64,000 nucleotides of DNA from Antedon mediterranea (lineage: Eukaryota; Animalia; Echinodermata): contig NC_092671.1 of assembly GCF_964355755.1 (NCBI RefSeq), positions 25,866,070 to 25,930,069 on the forward strand. The letters run 5' to 3'. Below are positions 1 through 16,873 of the stretch, piece by piece; within the stretch, counting starts at the first letter, position 1; each line of letters begins with the position of its first letter. The translations under genes and the position numbers were made by a program. The notes under the pieces were generated by a model that worked only from the letters and a program-made list of their open reading frames with translations, was not told the DNA's origin and searched no databases.

Positions 1-888
1 ATTCTGCTGTACGTGAACTAGCCTTAATACCGCCTGATTACGGTATATAGGTCTACAGTATTAGCTTCAGAATAAATGACGACGCATTTGTTGTACCTTG
101 ATAGACAGAGCCCCATTACAGATAATCTGTTCTGCAGCACAATACAACTGTACACGCGGTGATTCAACTAAAAGCAGTAAAAAGATTTTGGCACACAAGG
201 CGTATCATATAATTTGCGGACCATAACCGAAGCACTTCCGCTTCGATCTATTCGACGAAAATAAAAAAAAGGATAACTATTTTCTGCTTTATACTTAATT
301 TAATGTAATGGTGATCTAATAACAGGCGTAACAACACATAATACATATTGTAGTTTAATACTGGCTTAAATATTTTTGTTTTATATAAACTGTATTCTAA
401 AAAATAGTTCTTTTCTAATGAAGAATCTGGGAAGTTTACAATCAAGCAATAACACCACATTCTACGTGAATTCTGCTGTACGTGAACTATCCTTAATACC
501 GCCTGATTACGGTATATAGGCCTACAGTATTAGCTTCAGAATAAATGACGACGCATTTGTTTTACCTTGATAGACAGAGCCCCAAGCAGACAGCCCACAT
601 TACAGATAATCTGCTCTGCAGCACAATACAACTGTACACGCGGTGATTCAACTAAAAGCAGTAAAAAGATTTTGGCACACAAGGCGTATCATATAATTTG
701 CGGACCATGACCGAAGCACTTCCGCTTCGATCTATTCTACGAAAATAAAAAAAGGATAACTATTTTCTGCTTTATACTTAATTTAATGTAATGGTGATCT
801 AATAACAGGCGTAACAACACATAATACATATTGTAGTTTAATACTGGCTTAAATATTTTTGTTTTATATAAACTGTATTCTAAAAAAT
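1..888. repeat. 484-bp spacer tandem unit (about 1.8 copies)
   Basis: tatcatataatttgcggacc at 203 and 687. Confidence 0.9.
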
Positions 889-915
889 GACAATTTAGAA
901 CTTAATTTTGCAATA

Positions 916-1047
916 GTACCTAATTTGGCGCCTTAAACGCCAAATTAAGTGCGGTACCTCATTTGGCAGTGGTACCTCATTTGGCGTGACACCCCTACTG
1001 TTCTGTATCCCGTTTGTCTTAATTTCCAAGTAAAAATGAGGTACCAC
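916..1047. repeat. Hairpin / direct + inverted repeat module (motif GGTACCT(C/A)ATTTGGC, about 5 copies), present in most units
   Basis: Stem 918-930/938-950 (12 of 13 paired, 7-nt loop); direct copies at 953 and 971; perfect 14-bp inverted pair 969-982/1034-1047. Confidence 0.85.
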
Positions 1048-4000
1048 CACGTAACTCCTTATGATTAGGCTTATTATCATAGAAGAGTACTATACGGACG
1101 TCGTACCTGGAAATCACGGGAATTCAGTGTTTGTTGACCAATCATTTTTTAAAGAGCCGTATCTGACCATTGCATTGCCCAGTCTGTAAAATTACAGCAG
1201 GCCTACTTTATATTATTGTGTTTTCCCTGTTTATCGATACCATGAAGGAAAACGTTTTTGTTCAATCAGAAAACTTTGCGAGATTTTTTTTAATGGATAT
1301 TATAATTTATAGTTAGTCACCTGATTTTTGTGGCAAATCATTAATAGTTTTGACATTGTTAGGGACTATAAGACAGATTTTGGTTGCATGATTGTGGAAA
1401 ACCATCAATGTGGGTTTTTCTTCATACAAGCTACAGCCAAAATATAATAGGGGTATATATTTTTTCAAAGTCATCGTCAAACGCTGAGAGTCAATACAGT
1501 ATTTCAAACGCATTCTTTCACCTCTAATTGCTCACATTTAATTAATAATATACTGAAATAAATTCGAGAAAACATTAACTTATTGTGTTTTGTTTTATTT
1601 ATTGATCGTTGTTTATCGTTTGTAAACCACAGAAAACCACAACTATAAAGAATAAAACATAAATTCACAAAATGCAACAAATTAATACAGTATTTGCGAG
1701 TGCAATCATGAAACATTAATATTATAAGTACTTTATCGAAACATATAAAAATAATTGTGCAGATAATAGCACGTTGATATAAAATTCTTTCTATTTACAA
1801 GGAATTCATTTAATATTTAAATTTATTTCCAACGAAATGAAGAATCTGGGAAGTTTACAATCAAGCAACAACACCACATTCTACGTGAATTCTGCTGTAC
1901 GTGAACTAGCCTTAATACCGCCTGATTACGGTATATAGGCCTACAGTATTAGCTTCAGAATAAATGACGACACATTTGTTGTACCTTGATAGACAGAGCC
2001 CCAAGCAGACAGCCCACATTACAGATAATCTGCTCTGCAGCACAATACAACTGTACACGCGGTGATTCAACTAAAAGCAGTAAAAAAGATTTTGGCACAC
2101 AAGGCGTATCATATAATTTGCGGACAATGACCGAAGCACTTCCGCTTCGATCTATTCGACGAAAATCAAAAAAGAATAACTATTTTCTGCTTTATACTTA
2201 ATTTAATGTAATGGTGATCTAATAACAGGCGTAACAACACATAATACATATTGTAGTTTAATACTGGCTTAAATATTTTTGTTTTATATAAACTGTATTC
2301 TAAAAAATCACAATTTAGAACTTAATTTTGCAATAGTACCTAATTTGGCGCCTTAAACGCCAAATTAAGTGCGGTACCTCATTTGGCGTGACACCCCTAC
2401 TGTTCTGTATCCCGTTTGTCTTAATTTCCAAGTAAAAATGAGGTACCACCACGTAACTCCTTATGATTAGGCTTATTATCATAGAAGAGTACTATACGGA
2501 CGTCGTACCTGGAAATCACGGGAATTCAGTGTTTGTTGACCAATCATTTTTTAAAGAGCCGTATCTGACCATTGCATTGCCCAGTCTGTAAAATTACAGC
2601 AGGCCTACTTTATATTATTGTGTTTTCCCTGTTTATCGATACCATGAAGGAAAACGTTTTTGTTCAATCAGAAAACTTTGCGAGATTTTTTTTAATGGAT
2701 ATTATAATTTATAGTTAGTCACCTGATTTTTGTGGCAAATCATTAATAGTTTTGACATTGTTAGGGTTAGGGTTCCAACGAAATGAAGAATCTGGGAAGT
2801 TTACAATCAAGCAACAACACCACATTCTACGTGAATTCTGCTGTACGTGAACTAGCCTTAATAATAAGGCGTATCATATAATTTGCGGACCATGACCGAA
2901 GCACTTCCGCTTCGATCTATTCGACACATAATACATATTGTAGTTTAATACTGGCTTAAATATTTTTTTTTTATATAAACTGTATTCTAAAAAATAGTTC
3001 TTTTCTAATGAAGAATCTGGGAAGTTTACAATCAAGCAACAACACCACATTCTACGTGAATTCTGCTGTACGTGAACTAGCCTTAATACCGCCTGATTAC
3101 GGTATATAGGCCTATCAGTATTAGCTTCAGAATAAATGACGACGCATTTGTTGTACCTTGATAGACAGAGCTCCAAGCAGACAGCCCACATTACAGATAA
3201 TCTGTTCTGCAGCACAATACAACTGTACACGCGGTGATCCAACTAAAAGCAGTAAAAAGATTTTGGCACACAAGGCGTATCATATAATTTGCGGACCATG
3301 ACCGAAGCACTTCCGCTTCGATCTATTCGACGAAAATCAAAAAAAGAATAACTATTTTCTGCTTTATACTTAATTTAATGTAATGGTGATCTAATAACAG
3401 GCGTAACAACACATAATACATATTGTAGTTTAATACTGGCTTAAATATTTTTGTTTTATATAAACTGTATTCTAAAAAATGACAATTTAGAACTTAATTT
3501 TGCAATAGTACCTAATTTGGCGCATTAAACCCAAATTAAGTGCGGTACCTCATTTGGCAGTGGTACCTCATTTGGCGTGACACCCCTACTGTTCTGTATC
3601 CCGTTTGTCTTAATTTCCAAGTAAAAATGAGGTACCACCACGTAACTCCTTATGATTAGGCCTATTATCATAGAAGAGTACTATACGGACGTCGTACCTG
3701 GAAATCACGGGAATTCAGTGTTTGTTGACCAATCATTTTTTAAAGAGCCGTATCTGACCATTGCATTGCCCAGTCTGTAAAATTACAGCAGGCCTACTTT
3801 ATATTATTGTGTTTTCCCTGTTTATCGATACCATGAAGGAAAACGTTTTTGTTCAATCAGAAAACTTTGCGAGATTTTTTTTAATGGATATTATAATTTA
3901 TAGTTAGTCACCTGATTTTTGTGGCAAATCATTAATAGTTTTGACATTGTTAGGGTTAGGGTTCCAACGAAATGAAGAATCTGGGAAGTTTACAATCAAG

Positions 4001-5613
4001 CAACAACACCACATTCTACGTGAATTCTGCTGTACGTGAACTAGCCTTAATAACAAGGCGTATCATATAATTTGCGGACCATGACCGACGCACTTCCGCT
4101 TCGATCTATTCGACACATAATACATATTGTAGTTTAATACTGGCTTAAATATTTTTGTTTTATATAAACTGTATTCTAAAAAATAGTTCTTTTCTAATGA
4201 AGAATCTGGGAAGTTTACAATCAAGCAACAACACCACATTCTACGTGAATTCTGCTGTACGTGAACTAGCCTTAATACCGCCTGATTACGGTATATAGGC
4301 CTACAGTATTAGCTTCAGAATAAATGACGACGCATTTGTTGTACCTTGATAGACAGAGCCCCAAGCAGACAGCCCACATTACAGATAATCTGCTCTGCAG
4401 CACAATACAACTGTACACGCGGTGATTCAACTAAAAGCAGTAAAAAAGATTTTGGCACACAAGGCGTATCATATAATTTGCGGACCATGACCGAAGCACT
4501 TCCGCTTCGATCTATTCGACGAAAATCAAAAAAGGATAACTATTTTCTGCTTTATACTTAATTTAATGTAATGGTGATCTAATAACAGGCGTAACAACAC
4601 ATAATACATATTGTAGTTTAATACTGGCTTAAATATTTTTGTTTTATATAAACTGTATTCTAAAAAATGACAATTTAGAACTTAATTTTGCAATAGTACC
4701 TAATTTGGCGCCTTAAACGCCAAATTAAGTGCGGTACCTCATTTGGCAGTGGTACCTCATTTGGCGTGACACTCCTACTGTTCTGTATCCCGTTTGTCTT
4801 AATTTCCAAGTAAAAATGAGGTACCACCACGTAACTCCTTATGATTAGGCCTATTATCATAGAAGAGTACTATACGGACGTCGTACCTGGAAATCACGAG
4901 AATTCAGTGTTTGTTGACCAATCATTTTTTAAAGAGCCGTATCTGACCATTGCATTGCCCTGTCTGTAAAATTACAGCAGGCCTACTTTATATTATTGTG
5001 TTTTCCCTGTTTATCGATACCATGAAGGAAAACGTTTTTGTTCAATCAGAAAATTTTGCGAGATTTTTTTAAAGGATATTAAAATTTATAGTTACAGTTA
5101 GTCACCTGATTTTTGTGGCAAATCATTAATAGTTTTGACATTGTTAGGGTTAGAGACTATAAGACAGATTTTGGTTGCATGATTGTGGAAAACCATCAAT
5201 GTGGGTTTTTCTTCATACAAGCTACAGCCAAAATATAATAGGGGTATATATTTTTTCAAAGTCATCGTCAAACGCTGAGAGTCAATACAGTATTTCAAAC
5301 GCATTCTTTCACCTCTAATTGCTCACATTTAATTAATAATAATACTGAAATAAATTCAAGAAAACATTAACTTATTGTGTTTTGTTTTATTTATTGATCG
5401 TTGTTTATCGTTTGTAAACCACAGAAAACCACAACTATAAAGAATAAAACATAAATTCACAAAATGCAACAAATTAATACAGTATTTGCGAGTGCAATCA
5501 TGAAACATTAATATTATAAGTACTTTATCGAAACATATAAAAATAATTGTGCAGATAATAGCACGTTGATATAAAATTCGTTCTATTTACAAGGAATTCA
5601 TTTAATATTTAAA

Positions 5614-5619
5614 TTTATT
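5614..5619 (-). terminator. Candidate polyadenylation signal AATAAA about 40 nt after the KLF stop (more AATAAA hexamers about 270 nt downstream)
   Basis: tttatt on the + strand, kept in all units with the native 3' region; background is AT-rich. Confidence 0.4.
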
Positions 5620-5659
5620 TCAAACGAGTTTTATCCGGAAGATTCGGTAATTGAGTTGT

Positions 5660-6535
<876 letters not shown>

Positions 6536-7770
6536 CTAAAGCCTTGTTGGAATTTAAGGTACAGGTGAATCATTGAATTATCATATAATTTGCGGACCAT
6601 GACCGAAGCACTTCCGCTTCGATCTATTCGACGAAAATCAAAAAAGGATAACTATTTTCTGCTTTATACTTAATTTAATGTAATGGTGATCTAATAACAG
6701 GCGTAACAACACATAATACATATTGTAGTTTAATACTGGCTTAAATATTTTTGTTTTATATAAACTGTATTCTAAAAAATGACAATTTAGAACTTAATTT
6801 TGCAATAGTACCTAATTTGGCGCCTTAAACGCCAAGTTAAGTGCGGTACCTCATTTGGCAGTGGTACCTCATTTGGCGTGACACTCCTACTGTTCTGTAT
6901 CCCGTTTGTCTTAATTTCCAAGTAAAAATGAGTTACCACCACGTAACTCCTTATGATTAGGCCTATTATCATAGAAGAGTACTATACGGACGTCGTACCT
7001 GGAAATCACGAGAATTCAGTGTTTGTTGACCAATCATTTTTTAAAGAGCCGTATCTGACCATTGCATTGCCCTGTCTGTAAAATTACAGCAGGCCTACTT
7101 TATATTATTGTGTTTTCCCTGTTTATCGATACCATGAAGGAAAACGTTTTTGTTCAATCAGAAAATTTTGCGAGATTTTTTTAATGGATATTATAATTTA
7201 TAGTTACAGTTAGTCACCTGATTTTTGTGGCAAATCATTAATAGTTTTGACATTGTTAGGGTTAGGGACTATAAGACAGATTTTGGTTGCATGATTGTGG
7301 AAAACCATCAATGTGGGTTTTTCTTCATACAAGCTACAGCCAAAATATAATAGGGGTATATATTTTTTCAAAGTCATCGTCAAACGCTGAGAGTCAATAC
7401 AGTATTTCAAACGCATTCTTTCACCTCTAATTGCTCACATTTAATTAATAATATACTGAAATAAATTCGAGAAAACATTAACTTATTGTGTTTTGTTTTA
7501 TTTATTGATCGTTGTTTATCGTTTGTAAACCACAGAAAACCACAACTATAAAGAATAAAACATAAATTCACAAAATGCAACAAATTAATACAGTATTTGC
7601 GAGTGCAATCATGAAACATTAATATTATAAGTACTTTATCGAAACATATAAACATAATTGTGCAGATAATAGCACGTTGATATAAAATTCGTTCTATTTA
7701 CAAGGAATTCATTTAATATTTAAATTTATTTCAAACGAGTTTTATCCGGAAGATTCGGTAATTGAGTTGT

Positions 7771-8646
<876 letters not shown>

Positions 8647-9377
8647 CTAAAGCCTTGTTGGAATTTAAGGTACAGGTGAATCATTGAATTATCATATAAT
8701 TTGCGGACCATGACCGAAGCACTTCCGCTTCGATCTATTCGACGAAAATAAAAAAAGGATAACTATTTTCTGCTTTATACTTAATTTAATGTAATGGTGA
8801 TCTAATAACAGGCGTAACAACACATAATACATATTGTAGTTTAATACTGGCTTAAATATTTTTGTTTTATATAAACTGTATTCTAAAAAATAGTTCTTTT
8901 CTAATGAAGAATCTGGGAAGTTTACAATCAAGCAACAACACCACATTCTACGTGAATTCTGCTGTACGTGAACTAGCCTTAATACCGCCTGATTACGGTA
9001 TATAGGCCTATCAGTATTAGCTTCAGAATAAATGACGACGCATTTGTTGTACCTTGATAGACAGAGCCCCAAGCAGACAGCCCACATTACAGATAATCTG
9101 TTCTGCAGCACAATACAACTGTACACGCGGAGTGATTCAACTAAAAGCAGTAAAAAGATTTTGGCACACAAGGCGTATCATATACGTAAACAGCAAACAG
9201 TATTTGCGAGTGCAATCATGAAACATTAATATTATAAGTACTTTATCGAAACATATAAAAATAATTGTGCAGATAATAGCACGTTGATATAAAATTCGTT
9301 CTATTTACAAGGAATTCATTTAATATTTAAATTTATTTCAAACGAGTTTTATCCGGAAGATTCGGTAATTGAGTTGT

Positions 9378-10205
9378 CTACATGTGGCGTTTCATGTGAA
9401 GAGACAAATGATCAGAACGAGAGAAAGCTCGTTCGCATAGATGGCACTGGAAAGGTCGATCACCAATGTGTTTACGATAATGCCTGGTTAGCTCATCAGA
9501 TCGTGCAAACTTCCAGCCACATCCTTTCCAGTTGCAAGCATAAGGTTTTTCTCCTGTGTGCGTTCGGAGATGAGCTTTCAGGTGCGAGCTCTTTGTGTAG
9601 GTCTTGTTACAGCCTGGGTGTGAACATGTATGTGTCGTTGTTCTTTTCCTTCCCCATGTTCTGCGCTCTTTCCTTCGGTTCACCTGTAGATTCTGAAGTG
9701 GTTGTGACGTCAGAACACTTTCATTTGAAGAGTTGATGAGCAGGTCCATGAGTGGTGAAGTTGGAATAGAAACAGTCAAATGTGTAAGGTCAGAGGGTGC
9801 AAAAACATTATCCATATCTGACCGCATAAGTGGACTGTGCGGTTCCTGTTTTATCGCCATGCCCATTGATGAATCGTCAATATAACGTTTCTGTTGATCT
9901 GCGTTAGAATTGTTCAAGATAAAGTCCAAGTCGAGCAAATTATCGTAGCAGTCCGCAATGGATGATGCGGGTGGGGACGAACGCATACTCGACGAACAGT
10001 CACTGACCGATGCTAGGCTGTTTGGTGAACATGTCTCTGTGCGTTGTTGACCTACCATGCTGTAATCCCAGTCGTGTAATAGCGACTCAACATCATTTAA
10101 AACCTGTGAGGGTAAAACATACGGAGGTTGATAAGTCATTTGTGGCATATAAATCCTCGGCACATAATAATATGGTGTTTCCCCGCAGTAATAGTGGTAA
10201 GCCAT
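9378..10205 (-). CDS. Klf2/4: KLF1/2/4-group factor, full-length copy 3 (H48Y; linker TGDRP->IGDRP)
   Basis: Intact ORF with two amino-acid changes. Confidence 0.9.
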   Translation of the reverse strand: MAYHYYCGETPYYYVPRIYMPQMTYQPPYVLPSQVLNDVESLLHDWDYSMVGQQRTETCSPNSLASVSDCSSSMRSSPPASSIADCYDNLLDLDFILNNSNADQQKRYIDDSSMGMAIKQEPHSPLMRSDMDNVFAPSDLTHLTVSIPTSPLMDLLINSSNESVLTSQPLQNLQVNRRKERRTWGRKRTTTHTCSHPGCNKTYTKSSHLKAHLRTHTGEKPYACNWKGCGWKFARSDELTRHYRKHIGDRPFQCHLCERAFSRSDHLSLHMKRHM

Positions 10206-11487
10206 TTCTATACGTCCCCGCACTACGATTTTTTCAAACAGAATGTGTGATTGCTAAAGCCTTGTTGGAATTTAAGGTACAGGTGAATCATTGAATTATC
10301 ATAAAATTTGCGGACCATGACCGAAGCACTTCCGCTTCGATCTATTCGACGAAAATCAAAAAAGAATAACTATTTTCTGCTTTATAATACTTAATTTAAT
10401 GTAATGGTGATCTAATAACAGGCGTAACAACACATAATACATATTGTAGTTTAATACTGGCTTAAATATTTTTGTTTTATATAAACTGTATTCTAAAAAA
10501 TGACAATTTAGAACTTAATTTTGCAATAGTACCTAATTTGGCGCCTTAAACGCCAAATTAAGTGCGGTACCTCATTTGGCAGTGGTATTTCATTTGGCGT
10601 GACACCCCTACTGTTCTGTATCCCGTTTGTCTTAATTTCCAAGTAAAAATGAGGTACCACCACGTAACTCCTTATGATTAGGCCTATTATCATAGAAGAG
10701 TACTATACGGACGTCGTACCTGGAAATCACGGGAATTCAGTGTTTGTTGACCAATCATTTTTTAAAGAGCCGTATCTGACCATTGCATTGCCCAGTCTGT
10801 AAAATTACAGCAGGCCTACTTTATATTATTGTGTTTTCCCTGTTTATCGATACCATGAAGGAAAACGTTTTTGTTCAATCAGAAAACTTTGCGAGATTTT
10901 TTTTAATGGATATTATAATTTATAGTTAGTCACCTGATTTTTGTGGCAAATCATTAATAGTTTTGACATTGTTAGGGTTAGGGACTATAAGACAGATTTT
11001 GGTTGCATGATTGTGGAAAACCATCAATGTGGGTTTTTCTTCATACAAGCTACAGCCAAAATATAATAGGGGTATATATTTTTTCAAAGTCATCGTCAAA
11101 CGCTGAGAGTCAATACAGTATTTCAAACGCATTCTTTCACCTCTAATTGCTCACATTTAATTAATAATAATACTGAAATAAATTCAAGAAAACATTAACT
11201 TATTGTGTTTTGTTTTATTTATTGATCGTTGTTTATCGTTTGTAAACCACAGAAAACCACAACTATAAAGAATAAAACATAAATTCACAAAATGCAACAA
11301 ATTAATACAGTATTTGCGAGTGCAATCATGAAACATTAATATTATAAGTACTTTATCGAAACATATAAAAATAATTGTGCAGATAATAGCACGTTGATAT
11401 AAAATTCGTTCTATTTACAAGGAATTCATTTAATATTTAAATTTATTTCAAACGAGTTTTATCCGGAAGATTCGGTAATTGAGTTGT

Positions 11488-12315
11488 CTACATGTGGCGT
11501 TTCATGTGAAGAGACAAATGATCAGAACGAGAGAAAGCTCGTTCGCATAGATGACACTTGAAAGGTCGATCACCAGTGTGTTTACGATAATGCCTGGTTA
11601 GCTCATCAGATCGTGCAAACTTCCAGCCACATCCTTTCCAGTTGCAAGCATAAGGTTTTTCTCCTGTGTGCGTTCGGAGATGAGCTTTCAGGTGCGAGCT
11701 CTTTGTGTAGGTCTTGTTACAGCCTGGGTGTGAACATGTATGTGTCGTTGTTCTTTTCCTTCCCCATGTTCTGCGCTCTTTCCTTCGGTTCACCTGTAGA
11801 TTCTGAAGTGGTTGTGACGTCAGAACACTTTCATTTGAAGAGTTGATGAGCAGGTCCATGAGTGGTGAAGTTGGAATAGAAACAGTCAAATGTGTAAGGT
11901 CAGAGGGTGCAAAAACATTATCCATATCTGACCGCATAAGTGGACTGTGCGGTTCCTGTTTTATCGCCATGCCCATTGATGAATCGTCAATATAACGTTT
12001 CTGTTGATCTGCGTTAGAATTGTTCAAGATAAAGTCCAAGTCGAGCAAATTATCGTAGCAGTCCGCAATGGATGATGCGGGTGGGGACGAACGCATACTC
12101 GACGAACAGTCACTGACCGATGCTAGGCTGTTTGGTGAACATGTCTCTGTGCGTTGTTGACCTACCATGCTGTGATCCCAGTCGTGTAATAGCGACTCAA
12201 CATCATTTAAAACCTGTGAGGGTAAAACATACGGAGGTTGATAAGTCATTTGTGGCATATAAATCCTCGGCACATAATAATATGGTGTTTCCCCGCAGTA
12301 ATAGTGGTAAGCCAT
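11488..12315 (-). CDS. Klf2/4: KLF1/2/4-group factor, full-length copy 4 (PFQC->PFKC)
   Basis: Intact ORF. Confidence 0.9.
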   Translation of the reverse strand: MAYHYYCGETPYYYVPRIYMPQMTYQPPYVLPSQVLNDVESLLHDWDHSMVGQQRTETCSPNSLASVSDCSSSMRSSPPASSIADCYDNLLDLDFILNNSNADQQKRYIDDSSMGMAIKQEPHSPLMRSDMDNVFAPSDLTHLTVSIPTSPLMDLLINSSNESVLTSQPLQNLQVNRRKERRTWGRKRTTTHTCSHPGCNKTYTKSSHLKAHLRTHTGEKPYACNWKGCGWKFARSDELTRHYRKHTGDRPFKCHLCERAFSRSDHLSLHMKRHM

Positions 12316-15273
12316 TTCTATACGTCCCCGCACTACGATTTTTTCAAACAGAATGTGTGATTGCTAAAGCCTTGTTGGAATTTAAGGTACAGGTGAATCA
12401 TTGAATTATCATATAATTTGCGGACCATGACCGAAGCACTTCCGCTTCGATCTATTCGACGAAAATAAAAAAAGGATAACTATTTTCTGCTTTATACTTA
12501 ATTTAATGTAATGGTGATCTAATAACAGGCGTAACAACACATAATACATATTGTAGTTTAATACTGGCTTAAATATTTTTGTTTTATATAAACTGTATTC
12601 TAAAAAATAGTTCTTTTCTAATGAAGAATCTGGGAAGTTTACAATCAAGCAACAACACCACATTCTACGTGAATTCTGCTGTACGTGAACTAGCCTTAAT
12701 ACCGCCTGATTACGGTATATAGGCCTATCAGTATTAGCTTCAGAATAAATGACGACGCATTTGTTGTACCTTGATAGACAGAGCCCCAAGCAGACAGCCC
12801 ACATTACAGATAATCTGTTCTGCAGCACAATACAACTGTACACGCGGTGTGATTCAACTAAAAGCAGTAAAAAGATTTTGGCACACAAGGCGTATCATAT
12901 AATTTGCGGACCATGACCGAAGCACTTCCGCTTCGATCTATTCGACGAAAATCAAAAAAGGATAACTATTTTCTGCTTTATACTTAATTTAATGTAATGG
13001 TGATCTAATAACAGGCGTAACAACACATAATACATATTGTAGTTTAATACTGGCTTAAATATTTTTGTTTTATATAAACTGTATTCTAAAAAATGACAAT
13101 TTAGAACTTAATTTTGCAATAGTACCTAATTTGGCGCCTTAAACCCAAATTAAGTGCGGTACCTCATTTGGCAGTGGTACCTCATTTGGCCTGACACCCC
13201 TACTGTTCTGTATCCCGTTTGTCTTAATTTCCAAGTAAAAATGAGGTACCACCACGTAACTCCTTATGATTAGGCCTATTATCATAGAAGAGTACTATAC
13301 GGACGTCGTACCTGGAAATCACGGGAATTCAGTGTTTGTTGACCAATCATTTTTTAAAGAGCCGTATCTGACCATTGCATTGCCCAGTCTGTAAAATTAC
13401 AGCAGGCCTACTTTATATTATTGTGTTTTCCCTGTTTATCGATACCATGAAGGAAAACGTTTTTGTTCAATCAGAAAACTTTGCGAGATTTTTTTTAATG
13501 GATATTATAATTTATAGTTAGTCACCTGATTTTTGTGGCAAATCATTAATAGTTTTGACATTGTTAGGGTTAGGGTTCCAACGAAATGAAGAATCTGGGA
13601 AGTTTACAATCAAGCAACAACACCACATTCTACGTGAATTCTGCTGTACGTGAACTAGCCTTAATAACAAGGCGTATCATATAATTTGCGGACCATGACC
13701 GAAGCACTTCCGCTTCGATCTATTCGACACATAATACATATTGTAGTTTAATACTGGCTTAAATATTTTTGTTTTATATAAACTGTATTCTAAAAAATAG
13801 TTCTTTTCTAATGAAGAATCTGGGAAGTTTACAATCAAGCAACAACACCACATTCTACGTGAATTCTGCTGTACGTGAACTAGCCTTAATACCGCCTGAT
13901 TACGGTATATAGGCCTATCAGTATTAGCTTCAGAATAAATGACGACGCATTTGTTGTACCTTGATAGACAGAGCCCCAAGCAGACAGCCCACATTACAGA
14001 TAATCTGTTCTGCAGCACAATACAACTGTACACGCGGTGTGATTCAACTAAAAGCAGTAAAAAGATTTTGGCACACAAGGCGTATCATATAATTTTCGGA
14101 CCATGACCGAAGCACTTCCGCTTCGATCTATTCGACGAAAATCAAAAAAGAATAACTATTTTCTGCTTTATAATACTTAATTTAATGTAATGGTGATCTA
14201 ATAACAGGCGTAACAACACATAATACATATTGTAGTTTAATACTGGCTTAAATATTTTTGTTTTATATAAACTGTATTCTAAAAAATGACAATTTAGAAC
14301 TTAATTTTGCAATAGTACCTAATTTGGCGCCTTAAACGCCAAATTAAGTGCGGTACCTCATTTGGCAGTGGTATTTCATTTGGCGTGACACCCCTACTGT
14401 TCTGTATCCCGTTTGTCTTAATTTCCAAGTAAAAATGAGGTACCACCACGTAACTCCTTATGATTAGGCCTATTATCATAGAAGAGTACTATACGGACGT
14501 CGTACCTGGAAATCACGGGAATTCAGTGTTTGTTGACCAATCATTTTTTAAAGAGCCGTATCTGACCATTGCATTGCCCAGTCTGTAAAATTACAGCAGG
14601 CCTACTTTATATTATTGTGTTTTCCCTGTTTATCGATACCATGAAGGAAAACGTTTTTGTTCAATCAGAAAACTTTGCGAGATTTTTTTTAATGGATATT
14701 ATAATTTATAGTTAGTCACCTGATTTTTGTGGCAAATCATTAATAGTTTTGACATTGTTAGGGTTAGGGACTATAAGACAGATTTTGGTTGCATGATTGT
14801 GGAAAACCATCAATGTGGGTTTTTCTTCATACAAGCTACAGCCAAAATATAATAGGGGTATATATTTTTTCAAAGTCATCGTCAAACGCTGAGAGTCAAT
14901 ACAGTATTTCAAACGCATTCTTTCACCTCTAATTGCTCACATTTAATTAATAATAATACTGAAATAAATTCAAGAAAACATTAACTTATTGTGTTTTGTT
15001 TTATTTATTGATCGTTGTTTATCGTTTGTAAACCACAGAAAACCACAACTATAAAGAATAAAACATAAATTCACAAAATGCAACAAATTAATACAGTATT
15101 TGCGAGTGCAATCATGAAACATTAATATTATAAGTACTTTATCGAAACATATAAAAATAATTGTGCAGATAATAGCACGTTGATATAAAATTCGTTCTAT
15201 TTACAAGGAATTCATTTAATATTTAAATTTATTTCAAACGAGTTTTATCCGGAAGATTCGGTAATTGAGTTGT

Positions 15274-16149
<876 letters not shown>

Positions 16150-16299
16150 CTAAAGCCTTGTTGGAATTTAAGGTACAGGTGAATCATTGAATTATCATAT
16201 AATTTGCGGACCATGACCGAAGCACTTCCGCTTCGATCTATTCGACGAAAATAAAAAAAAGGATAACTATTTTCTGCTTTATACTTAATTTAATGTAAT

Positions 16300-16873
16300 A
16301 ATAATAATAATAAATGAAGACTTATATAGCGCCGGTATCCTCCACCCATGTGGCGCTCATGGCGCTTTGTGCATTAACAACGTGCGAGAACATCAGCGAA
16401 TAGCGACGTCTTTAGGTTGGTCTTGAAACTGTTTTGACTAGTTGAGCATTTAACTGTTGCTGGTAAGCTGTTCCATACACTTGCGGCCGCAACGTAAAAA
16501 GATCTCTGACCCCACTGATTTTTCGCTCTACGCTCTTGAAGAAGGTTTTGTGACAATGATCGTAGGCCTCTGCGGGATGATTCGTAACGATCCACAAGGT
16601 CAGATAAATAAGCAGGAGCACTGTAATTTAGGATCTTGAATACAAACAACGCAAGTTTGTACTTAATACGTTGTTGAACAGGCAACCAATGCAAATCCAT
16701 CAGGACAGGAGTTATGTGAGCGTTTGATTTTGTATAAGTTACAATTCTAGCTGCCATATTTTGCAAGCGCTGCAAACGTTGTATTTGAGATTTTGGTATG
16801 CCAAACAACAAGGCATTACCAATGTCAATTTTAGAAGTGACAAATGAGTGTACAATCAATTCAGCTGTTTTCT
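16300..16873 (-). mobile_element. 5'-truncated non-LTR retrotransposon (L2/CR1-group LINE): ORF2 C-terminus, 3' UTR and (TTA)n tail
   Basis: Translates to ...SKIDIGNALLFG..LQRLQNMAARIV..HITPVLMDLHWLPVQQRIKYK..WNSLP..FKTNLKT, the typical post-RT region of L2/CR1-group ORF2. Stop at 16374, short 3' UTR ending GCGCTATATAAG..(TTA)n. TGTAAT is duplicated at 16294-16299 and 16874-16879; sister units show the empty site. Confidence 0.88.

Noticed and set aside
248-2201. Recurrent 60-200 aa spacer ORFs (MWCCC..., MIIGL..., MRLKY..., MFHDC...)
   Set aside because: No recognisable domains; frames shift between copies; recurrence only reflects the DNA repeat.
5488-5500. GTGCAAT miR-92-family seed match (vertebrate KLF2/4 are miR-92 targets)
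   Set aside because: It lies on the + strand, antisense to the KLF mRNA.
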